Assembly (NCBI GenBank): GCA_964639235.1
Contig: CAZXDN010000006.1
Span: forward strand, 7,477-71,476
Direction: 5' to 3'
From: an uncultured Methanotrichaceae archaeon
GTDB taxonomy: Archaea > Halobacteriota > Methanosarcinia > Methanotrichales > Methanotrichaceae
Length of the DNA: 64,000 nt
A program made the position numbers and the translations under genes. Below are positions 9,979-18,248 of this stretch, in pieces; positions within the stretch are counted from its first letter, which is position 1, and each line of letters opens with the position of its first letter. Under the pieces are notes generated by a model, which did no database searches, was not told the DNA's origin, and saw nothing but the letters and a program-made list of their open reading frames with translations.

Positions 9979-10626
9979 ATGGGATCGGTTCTGACAAAGT
10001 ATGTTCACAGCCTGTTTTATGGCGCGCTTTCGATCATCGCTGAGCATAAAAGGGCATACGTCCGCCTGAACGTGGCCTACTACGGCATCGTGATACTGGC
10101 GATGGCCTACTCAGCCTTAGATCCTTCTCTCAGGCAGCCCTTAAACCAGGCGGTAGTGGAGGGGTTCACCCAGGGCCCTCTCTCTTCGATGGGAAGCGCA
10201 TATGGCGGTGGCCAGATCATCATGGCCATGGTCCTGACCTTTGTCGTCAACCTCTTTCTTGGGAGTTTCGTCTCAATAACGCTTCCTTCCATGCTAATTC
10301 CGTTCAGCGGTCTTCTGGTCGGAGCGTTCAGGGCTGTGACCTGGGGACTTATCTTCACGCCTGTCCCCTTCCAGGCATACCTCGTCCCCCACTATCTGAC
10401 GCTCTTGATTGAGGGGCAGGCCTATGTGCTGGTGATGCTTGCAGCCTACCTCCAGGGCATCGGCCTCGTCAGGCCGTCTTTGATAGGAGAGTCGGACAGA
10501 AAGAGGGGATATCTGAAGGGCCTGAGGCTTGCAATCCAACTCTATCCTCTCGTCGCGGCGCTGCTTGCAGTCTCTGCGATCTACGAGGCCTTAGAGGTGA
10601 TCCTGATCCTTCCAAGGCTGGTCTGA
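9979..10626 (+). CDS. Polytopic membrane protein of unknown function (possibly SpoIIM/DUF95-like)
   Basis: There is a GGAGG Shine-Dalgarno sequence 8 nt upstream. The 215-aa product has about 5-6 hydrophobic helices. No catalytic motif was recognised. Confidence 0.55.
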   Translation: MGSVLTKYVHSLFYGALSIIAEHKRAYVRLNVAYYGIVILAMAYSALDPSLRQPLNQAVVEGFTQGPLSSMGSAYGGGQIIMAMVLTFVVNLFLGSFVSITLPSMLIPFSGLLVGAFRAVTWGLIFTPVPFQAYLVPHYLTLLIEGQAYVLVMLAAYLQGIGLVRPSLIGESDRKRGYLKGLRLAIQLYPLVAALLAVSAIYEALEVILILPRLV

Positions 10627-10639
10627 CCTTCTGCGCCTG

Positions 10640-10680
10640 CTGCCTGGTGTGGCTGCCACCTCTCTTGCCACAGCAGGCAG
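10640..10680 (+). terminator. Stem-loop directly after the 9979-10626 stop
   Basis: CTGCCTGGTGTGGC (10640-10653) pairs with GCCACAGCAGGCAG (10667-10680) at 13 of 14 positions, with a 13-nt loop. A function as terminator or RNA-stability element is inferred only. Confidence 0.3.
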
Positions 10681-10959
10681 AATTGATACAATATCTTTAA
10701 TTGTAAAGAGTTGACTTACATAGAGATGGGTTGTGGTGCCTGCCGGCCCTTCACGTGTGCCTGTAGCCCTTGTAAAGACTCGCCGATGATATATTGATGA
10801 TCTTTATCTAATCGACTTGAATGACTGGCACTCAGGCCGGGCCAAATGTGCATAATAGCTCGGATTGGATATTCAGATTTGACTGAAGAGAGTCTATGGC
10901 GGCACCACTGCGCACGATATCGCAGTATGCTTACATCGCGTTAAAGCAGAGGTGGATTC

Positions 10960-11856
10960 ATGAGCGTGCCAATAGATAGGGCGATCATCAGGACGGGGAG
11001 CGTAAGATCTAGCAGCTTCTTTAGGGACTGCGTTTCAGGCCACTGGGTTGACTTTCGGGTCAGCTTTCCTGAGAGGTTTGTGGGAGACCTGCCGAAGATA
11101 ATCATAACTCCAAACGATCTAAACGTCCAGGGCAACTACAATCCAGCTGTAGTGGGAATGGTAAGAGACGTCACCCATTCTGAGTTCTACATCTCGGCCA
11201 AGAACTCGGATCTGGCAGAGGGCTTTGCGGGCTTCAACTGGATGGCTGTGCATGAGGCCTCTGGCAGGCGGTCGTCGAACCACATTGGAATGACAGGAGG
11301 AACTCTTGAGCCAAAGCACTTCCAGCCAGACGGGGTGCACGGCGACTGGCAGTCCTGGCCTGTCAGCTTCGGCTCTCCTCTGGACGAAACGCCAGTTGTG
11401 CTATTGTGCCCCTGCGACCACCACGTCTCTCAGAGCCTGGCTGCAGCTGTGGGAACTGCAAGGACCCCTGGCCCTGAGGGCTTCACTCTGGCTGCGAGAA
11501 GCTCAGACTGCTCTTTTGGCAGCTGCAACTTCTCTTATCTAGCGCTCTCTGACAGCGGCAAGAACGCCTTCTCGAAGATCGACTCAGGCTGGGTCACCAT
11601 GAAGAGGTTTGAGAAGGACTGCGCTCCTGGTGACTGGCAGCACTGGCTGGTAAAGTTCCACGAGCCCTTTGAGAATTCGCCTCTCGTATTCCTCACTGCC
11701 CACGGCGGTTCCTCAAGCGTGGAGCTGGACCACTTCCCCAGGATCACGGCAGTTGGCATATCCCAGAGGGTAACTGAAGAGGGCTTCTTGCTGGCTGCGC
11801 GAAACCCTGAGTGCTGGGAGGGATACTGCGGATTCTACTGGGTGGCAGTTGGTTAA
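10960..11856 (+). CDS. Protein made of three tandem H-type-lectin-like domains, with no signal peptide
   Basis: There is a GAGGTGG SD. Three repeats of about 98 aa each end in a (GF/EF)x...W(M/V)A(V/L) pattern: WVDFRVSFPERF...THSEFYISAKN...GFNWMAVHE; WQSWPVSFGSPLDETPVV...EGFTLAARS...FSYLAL; WQHWLVKFHEPFENSPLV...EGFLLAARN...GFYWVAVG. This resembles the H_lectin domain consensus. Confidence 0.55.
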   Translation: MSVPIDRAIIRTGSVRSSSFFRDCVSGHWVDFRVSFPERFVGDLPKIIITPNDLNVQGNYNPAVVGMVRDVTHSEFYISAKNSDLAEGFAGFNWMAVHEASGRRSSNHIGMTGGTLEPKHFQPDGVHGDWQSWPVSFGSPLDETPVVLLCPCDHHVSQSLAAAVGTARTPGPEGFTLAARSSDCSFGSCNFSYLALSDSGKNAFSKIDSGWVTMKRFEKDCAPGDWQHWLVKFHEPFENSPLVFLTAHGGSSSVELDHFPRITAVGISQRVTEEGFLLAARNPECWEGYCGFYWVAVG

Positions 11857-11929
11857 TTATTCCATATCGATAAATCTTCATGAGCGGAGCTGGGTTTATC
11901 TCCTATCAGGTCATCATCTGAACACGCCA

Positions 11930-12373
11930 ATGAGCCGAGAAGGAGATCTGGGTGAAGACGATGTTGGGTCGCTTCTGACTGACAGGCAGATCCAGGTGCT
12001 GGAGCTTCGCTTAAAGGGCCATTCCCAGCAGGAGGTGGCTGAGATCATGGGCACTACCAGGTCCAACATAAGCATCATGGAGAAGAGGGCGCACCAGAAT
12101 ATAGCCAGGGCCAGGCGCACGATACTCCAGTGGAAGATGATCCAGGCGCCCATCTCTGTGAAGGTCCAGGCAGGAGCCGACCTGTTCGACCTGCCCTCCA
12201 GGATCTTCGCTGCTGCAGACGTGAAAGGAATCCAGCTTCCAGTCACCTCAACTGATATAATCTACCAGCTCAGGGTCAAGGCGCCCCAGATCTCAAAGAA
12301 GAGGGCTGTGGCAAGGGAGATAGAGATCTTCGTCACCCGCGAGGGAGACGTGCTTCTGGACGACCTGGATTAG
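11930..12373 (+). CDS. tfx: Tfx-family DNA-binding transcriptional regulator
   Basis: LLTDRQIQVLELRLKGHSQQEVAEIMGTTRSNISIMEKRAHQNIARA is the LuxR/sigma-70 region-4-like HTH typical of archaeal Tfx. From the ATG at 11930 the product is 148 aa. The TTG at 11849 would overlap the previous gene. Confidence 0.75.
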   Translation: MSREGDLGEDDVGSLLTDRQIQVLELRLKGHSQQEVAEIMGTTRSNISIMEKRAHQNIARARRTILQWKMIQAPISVKVQAGADLFDLPSRIFAAADVKGIQLPVTSTDIIYQLRVKAPQISKKRAVAREIEIFVTREGDVLLDDLD

Positions 12374-12466
12374 CTTTTTATGGGCTCTCCCCTTTGCAGT
12401 CCCTGATCTCTGCAATTATCGCTGATTAGCGAAACATTTATCGTTTAGGAAGCCTCTGTTCCTGCG

Positions 12467-13060
12467 ATGGGCATCATTTCGATCTTGAGGCTGCTGCCGA
12501 TTGTCTTTCTCTTGCTTTCTGTAGCAACAGCCAAGGAGCCTGCGACATTTGGCAGGAGCGTGGACGACATGGTTGGCGCTTTTTCCATTGAGAAGACTGT
12601 GAAGCTGGGAGATCGCGGATTCTTCTTTGGGTCTGAGGATGCCGATCCCCTGGCGAGCCCTCCAAGCCTGGATAAGATTTCAGCCGAGATAGGAGACGAT
12701 TTGGCTCCGAGCCTCTCAGGTTTTGAGATCGATCCAGTGGCTGTGGACGCTGCATCAGGAGAGAAAGTGGGCATTACAGCCCACGTCCTGGACGACCAGG
12801 CTGGCCTTGGCAGCGCATCGACCATAAGGTTCGTCAGCCCTTCTGGCTCACAGAGCGCAGATCTGACCCTTGCTCACCTGGTATCCGGAACCTCTAAAGA
12901 TGGAATTTACTCAGAGAGCATAGCCCTTGACCAGGACAGCGAGAAGGGCACCTGGGCACTGGAGTCGCTCACGCTTGTAGACGGCGCTGGAAACAGCAGG
13001 GTCCTTACTGGAGACGATCTGGCAGAGATGAACCTGCCACACCAGTTCACAGTAGCTTGA
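12467..13060 (+). CDS. Secreted protein of unknown function
   Basis: It has a signal peptide (MGIISILRLLPIVFLLLSVATA). The C-terminal half is beta-rich. No family was recognised. Confidence 0.55.
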   Translation: MGIISILRLLPIVFLLLSVATAKEPATFGRSVDDMVGAFSIEKTVKLGDRGFFFGSEDADPLASPPSLDKISAEIGDDLAPSLSGFEIDPVAVDAASGEKVGITAHVLDDQAGLGSASTIRFVSPSGSQSADLTLAHLVSGTSKDGIYSESIALDQDSEKGTWALESLTLVDGAGNSRVLTGDDLAEMNLPHQFTVA

Positions 13061-13114
13061 TTTGGGCGATGTCAGGTCTGGCCTGAAGGTCAGGTTCAGC
13101 TCAACTGCTCTCAA

Positions 13115-13531
13115 TTACTCTCCTATGATCTGGACCACGAGCTTTCTATTTCTGGGCCTGTTATCAAGGTCTATGAAGACTATCTGCTGCCAGGTGCCAA
13201 GCATCATCTCTCTTCCTGAGAATGGAACTGTCAGGCTTGGGCCGAGGATGGAGGCGCGCACATGCGAGTGCCCATTTCCGTCTCCCCACCTGAGGTTGTG
13301 GGAGTACTCAACTCCCTCAGGCGCAATGCGCTCAAGCGCATCCCCAAGGTCTTTTACCAGGCCAGGCTCGTGCTCGATTGTGGTCACAGCTCCAGTTGCA
13401 CCTGGGACGAAGACCACCACAGCCCCGGAAGAGATGCCTGATTCGCGCACGGCTTCTCCAACCTGGGAAGTTACGTCCACCATCTCTCCATCGCCTCTTG
13501 TGCCAAACTCCAGATATCTCGTTGCTATCAA
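13115..13531 (-). CDS. yjbQ: YjbQ/UPF0047 family (secondary thiamine-phosphate synthase) protein
   Basis: The length is 138 aa. The motifs TTIEHEPGL, GNGHSHVRASILGPS and GTWQQIVFIDLD are characteristic of UPF0047. Confidence 0.85.
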   Translation of the reverse strand: MIATRYLEFGTRGDGEMVDVTSQVGEAVRESGISSGAVVVFVPGATGAVTTIEHEPGLVKDLGDALERIAPEGVEYSHNLRWGDGNGHSHVRASILGPSLTVPFSGREMMLGTWQQIVFIDLDNRPRNRKLVVQIIGE

Positions 13532-13616
13532 ATCATCACCTGCGGCTCGTTAACTTGAGCTAGCGAGGCTAAAAAATTATTTATTGGCATCGATAGCAGA
13601 GTAATCTGGTGCACAG

Positions 13617-14549
13617 ATGGGCAGCGAGGATTACTACAGCGCAGTGAGAAGGGCACTTCTCGCCATATTCATAGCAAACGTGGCAGTCGCAGCCCTCAAG
13701 GGAATCTATGGCCTCTACACAGGGTCAATTTCCATGACCACAGACGGTCTCCACTCTTTCTTCGACAGCGCCTCAAACATAATAGGCCTGGTTGGGATCT
13801 ACGTGGCCTCCAGGCCTCCTGACAAGCAGTATCCTTATGGACACGGCAAGTTCGAGACTTTTGCCTCCATAGGAATTGCAGTCCTCCTGTTCACCACCTG
13901 CTTCCAGGTGATCGAGGCCTCAATATCCAGGTTTCTCAACCCTCTGGTGCCAGAGGTCACAAACCTCAGCTTTGCCATAATGCTGGGAACTCTGGCGCTG
14001 AATATCGGCGTCTCTCTGTACGAGTACGCCCTCGGAAAGAAGCTCGGAAGCAGCATACTCGTTGCAGACTCGATGCACACCAGAAGCGACATCTACGCCT
14101 CTTTAGGGGTGATCTTGGGACTGGCAACTGTGCGGCTGGGCTATCCAATTGCCGATCCTCTGATCGCGCTGCTGATCACAGGGATCATAGTGCACACGGG
14201 AGTTGAGATCATCAGGGATAGCTCCAAGGTGCTTCTGGATAAGGCCTTCATAGATGAGGATGTGATAAAGAGGATTGCGGAGTCTGTAGAGGGGGTTTGC
14301 AGCTGCCACAGGATAAGGACTCGCGGGCAGCCTGGCATGATCTACATAGACCTGCACATAGGCGTTGATTCATCTCTCTCCATTGGAAGAGCACACGACA
14401 TCGCCGTGGCCGTAGAGGAGAAGATAGCAATGGCGCTTCCGGGATCTGAAGACGTGGTCGTGCACCTGGAGCCAAGAGATTACTGCGATATCAGGGCGGA
14501 TGGAAGAGACGGGGAGATGGCCGGAAAAGAGAAGGACGGCAAGGCCTGA
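13617..14549 (+). CDS. Cation diffusion facilitator (CDF) family metal efflux transporter
   Basis: It has six TM helices with HSFFDSASN and HTRSDIYAS (HxxxD) metal-site motifs, plus a cytoplasmic C-terminal domain (HRIRTRGQPGMIYIDLHI). Confidence 0.9.
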   Translation: MGSEDYYSAVRRALLAIFIANVAVAALKGIYGLYTGSISMTTDGLHSFFDSASNIIGLVGIYVASRPPDKQYPYGHGKFETFASIGIAVLLFTTCFQVIEASISRFLNPLVPEVTNLSFAIMLGTLALNIGVSLYEYALGKKLGSSILVADSMHTRSDIYASLGVILGLATVRLGYPIADPLIALLITGIIVHTGVEIIRDSSKVLLDKAFIDEDVIKRIAESVEGVCSCHRIRTRGQPGMIYIDLHIGVDSSLSIGRAHDIAVAVEEKIAMALPGSEDVVVHLEPRDYCDIRADGRDGEMAGKEKDGKA

Positions 14550-14695
14550 GGTCGCCTCCTGCGGTGCTGTGCCTTACTGCGCAGTCGTGTCTTGTCGATC
14601 TCTCAGGCGCTTTTGAGCACTGCAGATAAGTTCATACGGTTGTGGGGCAGTTAATATTAAAATCCAAGCTCTGTTGATCTTCAAATGGGGGATAT

Positions 14696-14731
14696 AGGTT
14701 TGCGGGTAGGTTTGCAGGTAGGTTTGCAGGT
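14696..14731. repeat. Three tandem 12-bp direct repeats, AGGTTTGC(G/A)GGT
   Basis: AGGTTTGCGGGT AGGTTTGCAGGT AGGTTTGCAGGT was read directly from the sequence. It ends 79 bp upstream of the CHAT gene start, in the 260-bp intergenic region. Confidence 0.9.
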
Positions 14732-14809
14732 TTTCAAGCATCAAGGATCTGCTCTCGATCGGGTCGGAGTAAGGTTGATGGTTGCAGTCGACTCCTGGAG
14801 GCATTTCAA

Positions 14810-17800
14810 TTGAGCGCTGAGAAGACAGTTCTTCTCCAGGTGATGGGCTCAGGCACTCCTTCTGTGCGCACTTTCTCATTCTCGGTCTATGTTGATGGCG
14901 AGGCAGTCGTCTCCGATCAGTCTCTTACGCCTGTTGAGTCTCAGGAGGTGAGGGAGATCTCAGGCCAGTACGAGATGCTCTTTGGCAAAGAGTGCGAGCC
15001 CAGTGCAGCAAAAGGCTACGTCGGCATCCTCGGTCCAAGCCTCTTCCAGCTCTGGTTTGGCGCCTCCTGGTCCAGCATCAGGGCAAGGCTCGGAGGGTCG
15101 GTCATGAAGCTCGTGGTCTCTTCTGACGCTCCTGAGGTTCTGAGCCTTCCCTGGGAGCTGCTGCGCCCCGGTGAAGAGATCTTCCTGGGGATGCAGCCCG
15201 GCTCAAGTATTGTCCGCAGACCTGGGATTGGGGACCTGAAGCCTCCTTTGGAAGACCCACCCAAAGGCCCTCTGAGGGTGCTTTTCATGGCATGTGGCCC
15301 AAGGCAGTCTCTGGATTACGTGGCTGAAGAGGAAGGCCTCATCAGGTCAGCCTCCGGGCTGGACGTCGCACTGGACTTCGCAGACCTTGGCACGTTTGAG
15401 GAGCTGAGGGCAAGGGTAGACCAGTTCAGGCCTCAGGTTGTCCATCTTGCAGGCCAGGCGTCTGCAAAGGAGGGGTCTTACTGCTTCGCTTTCGAGGGCA
15501 AAGGCGGCATTCCAGACGTCAGATCCGCTTCAGAGGTCGCCCAGGCGCTTGAGGGCAAGAAAGTACAGTGCATCGTGCTCACAGGCTGCCAGAGCAGTCA
15601 TTCAGCTGCAGAAGGCCTCTGCCACGACCTGGCAAGGTCGTCTCTGCCAATGGCCATCTGCTGGCCGGTCTCAATGACGGACGATGCAGGCAAAGAGGCG
15701 ATCAGGGCGTTTTACAGCTCTCTTCCTGCTGGAATTGGCACTGCATTATCCAGGTCCAGAGCGGTCATAGGCAGAGGCCTGGAGGCTTCAGACCTGCTTC
15801 TGGCCTTTCCAGCGCTGTATTCTTCAAGCGATGCTGAGGTGGTCTTTGGAGATGAGATTGAGGCTCACAGGCCTCTGGTTGAAGAACAGGAGCCGCTGCC
15901 GGGAACGGCTGAGGGCTATGCCAGGGACTTCGTTGGCAGGAGGAGGGATCTCCAGAAGCTCATGCCCGTTTTGAGGGACGGCTCAGTCAGGGCTCTGGTA
16001 ATTACTGGTCCTTCTGGCGCTGGAAAGAGCGCCCTGGCTACAAAGCTGGCGCGGGGATTGGAGGCTGAAGGATTCTTTTTAATTCCAATATACAGCTCAG
16101 AGAACAATTTCTTGATCCCTGCCAGGGTCATGGATGCCTGCAGCAGGGCATTTCTGAAGGCTGCTCTCAAGGCAGAAAGCGAGGGCAAACCGGATCAGGC
16201 AGGCCTCTTCAGGTCTGCGTCGCAGGCGCTCTCTAACCCCAGGCTTTCCTCTGACGACAAGCTAGGACGCATGATATCAGCCCTGAACAACGGCAAGTTC
16301 GCGCTTGTGCTCGACCGATTTGACCTGAACTTAGGTCCGGATGGCAAGATCCTGGACAGAGGAGTCTCTGAGATATACCTTCGCCTCATGCGCCTGCTCA
16401 CCAGCTCCAGGGCTGTCTTCACGTCAGAGCGCCTGCCAGAAGATCTGATGACTCTGCCCTCTAGGGCCTGGGAGTATTCGCTTGGCCCTCTGTCTTTGCC
16501 CGACTTCAACAGGTTCCTCACAAGAGCATCAACAGCAGAGAGGCGCTCATCTGGGGTCGAATACGAGCGCGTCAAAGCTGTCTACAGCTCTCTTGAGGGG
16601 TATCCCGCCTGCCTGGATTTAGTTGCGCGTGCCATAAGCCACGGCTTGAGCGCTGAGGCAGAGAAAGGCGTTGGATGCGACGGCTTTGCATCTCTGCTCT
16701 ATAGTTCTCTTCCCAAGATCTCACAGGGCGCTATCTCCAGGATCGCGGTATACGAGGTTCCTTTGAGCCAGGATGCAGTATCTGCTGTTGTTGGAAGGCC
16801 AGGAGACGGCCTTCTGAGCATGATAGAGGCCTGGAAGAGCCGCGGACTCGTCTTTGGCCTGGGATCAGAGCTTATGGCGCTCGACTCGCACAAGCGAAGC
16901 TGGCTCTTAAGCCGCCTGGAGAAAGACCAGATAGCTGTGGCCCAGAGGGACGCAGGCGACTTCCTGAGAGCCCTGGCTGAGCAGAGGCGTTCGAGAGAGC
17001 TGGGGTTATCAAGGCTCGAATGCATGCTTGAGGCCAGGGGGCACTACCTGGCGTCAGGCGACGTCGAGAGGGCGAGAGACGCCACGAGCAGGATAAGCGG
17101 CTTCCTCATGGGCAGAGGGATGTACTACGATGTGAGAAGGCTAAACGAGGGCCTTCTTCCCCTGGGGACAAGTCCATCGACTTTGAGCTGGATGGCGCAG
17201 GCGTGCGCCGCTCAGGGCGATTATGCAGAGGCAGAGAAGCTGTATCAGAGATGCCTGGAGGCATCAGCCGATGACAGGAATGCTGCGAACTCCTGGCATG
17301 GCCTGGCATCAATTGACCTGCACTTCGGCAGGTACGAGGCTGCCAGGGCAAACTTCCAGAAGGCAATGGAGATTTACAGGCAAATTGGCGACCGCCTGGG
17401 CGAAGCCGCATCCCTGCACGGAGTAGCGTCTATAGAGATGGCTCTAGGCGAGAACGACACTGCAAGATCTGATCTGGAGAGGGTGCTTGAGCTGCAGGAG
17501 GCGCTGGGAGACATCTCAGGTCAGGCGTCCACTCTGCACGACCTCATAGCCCTGGACCTGAGGGTTCCAAACTACAAGGCTGCGAGGGCGAAGCTTGAAA
17601 GGTCAGTACAGCTGCTTCGCCAGATAGGAGACTCATCAGGAGAGGCCGCAGCCGTCCATAACATGGCGTCCATCGACATGGAGATAGGGGAGCTGGATAG
17701 TGCCAGGGATGAGTTCCAGAGGGCTCTCTCGATAAGGCAGCTCCTGGGGGACAGGGCTGGCGAAGCCTCAGCTCTACAGGGCCTGGCATCAGCAGAGATA

Positions 17801-18151
17801 GAGAAAGGAAACAGCGATGCTGCCCGCGATGCTTTCAGAAATGCTCTGGAAATCTTCCAGGAGATAGGGGACAAATCCGGCGAGGCATCCTCTTTCTTCC
17901 AGCTGGGGATCATGGCGTCTCTCCAGGGAAAGGTCAAGGAGGGCTTGAGCCTTATAGCCTTGAGCGGGATCATCCTCAGGACTGCTGGAAGCCCTGAGTT
18001 CGAGCAGGTCGAGCCTGTTGTTGAGCGCCTGGCCTCGCAGCTGAAGTACAGCCAGGAGCAGTTCATGCAGATGATAAGGCAGGTCACTGGCGCGTATAAG
18101 AGGGATAAGGGCAAAAACCTTTTAGAGCTGGCCTTCAGAAAGGCTAGGTGA
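14810..18151 (+). CDS. CHAT (caspase-like) peptidase domain fused to a STAND-type P-loop NTPase and a C-terminal TPR array
   Basis: The TTG start lies 8 nt after GGAGG. The CHAT region spans about aa 100-335, with His in QVVHLAGQ (H212, nt 15443) and Cys in CIVLTGCQS (C260, nt 15587). Walker A is VITGPSGAGKS (K406, nt 16007-16030) and Walker B is FALVLDRFD (nt 16301-16324). There are at least six 40-aa TPR-like repeats with a recurring IGDxxGEA...H/Q.xASI pattern (aa about 800-1040). Confidence 0.85.
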   Translation: MSAEKTVLLQVMGSGTPSVRTFSFSVYVDGEAVVSDQSLTPVESQEVREISGQYEMLFGKECEPSAAKGYVGILGPSLFQLWFGASWSSIRARLGGSVMKLVVSSDAPEVLSLPWELLRPGEEIFLGMQPGSSIVRRPGIGDLKPPLEDPPKGPLRVLFMACGPRQSLDYVAEEEGLIRSASGLDVALDFADLGTFEELRARVDQFRPQVVHLAGQASAKEGSYCFAFEGKGGIPDVRSASEVAQALEGKKVQCIVLTGCQSSHSAAEGLCHDLARSSLPMAICWPVSMTDDAGKEAIRAFYSSLPAGIGTALSRSRAVIGRGLEASDLLLAFPALYSSSDAEVVFGDEIEAHRPLVEEQEPLPGTAEGYARDFVGRRRDLQKLMPVLRDGSVRALVITGPSGAGKSALATKLARGLEAEGFFLIPIYSSENNFLIPARVMDACSRAFLKAALKAESEGKPDQAGLFRSASQALSNPRLSSDDKLGRMISALNNGKFALVLDRFDLNLGPDGKILDRGVSEIYLRLMRLLTSSRAVFTSERLPEDLMTLPSRAWEYSLGPLSLPDFNRFLTRASTAERRSSGVEYERVKAVYSSLEGYPACLDLVARAISHGLSAEAEKGVGCDGFASLLYSSLPKISQGAISRIAVYEVPLSQDAVSAVVGRPGDGLLSMIEAWKSRGLVFGLGSELMALDSHKRSWLLSRLEKDQIAVAQRDAGDFLRALAEQRRSRELGLSRLECMLEARGHYLASGDVERARDATSRISGFLMGRGMYYDVRRLNEGLLPLGTSPSTLSWMAQACAAQGDYAEAEKLYQRCLEASADDRNAANSWHGLASIDLHFGRYEAARANFQKAMEIYRQIGDRLGEAASLHGVASIEMALGENDTARSDLERVLELQEALGDISGQASTLHDLIALDLRVPNYKAARAKLERSVQLLRQIGDSSGEAAAVHNMASIDMEIGELDSARDEFQRALSIRQLLGDRAGEASALQGLASAEIEKGNSDAARDAFRNALEIFQEIGDKSGEASSFFQLGIMASLQGKVKEGLSLIALSGIILRTAGSPEFEQVEPVVERLASQLKYSQEQFMQMIRQVTGAYKRDKGKNLLELAFRKAR

Positions 18152-18248
18152 GGCGACTGTCTTAATTTTATTTTATCAATCCGACCACTATATTCATTAA
18201 TCCCAAATGTGCATAGTCTCTACGAACACTGCCAACGGGGGATAGTTA

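Noticed and set aside
13062-13553. A 163-aa plus-strand ORF overlapping yjbQ.
   Set aside because: The opposite-strand product carries clear UPF0047 motifs. The plus-strand translation is Ser/Pro/Arg-rich with no features.
17572-18114. A 180-aa minus-strand ORF within the TPR region of the CHAT gene.
   Set aside because: It is an antisense artefact of the repetitive Ala/Glu/Leu-rich TPR coding sequence.
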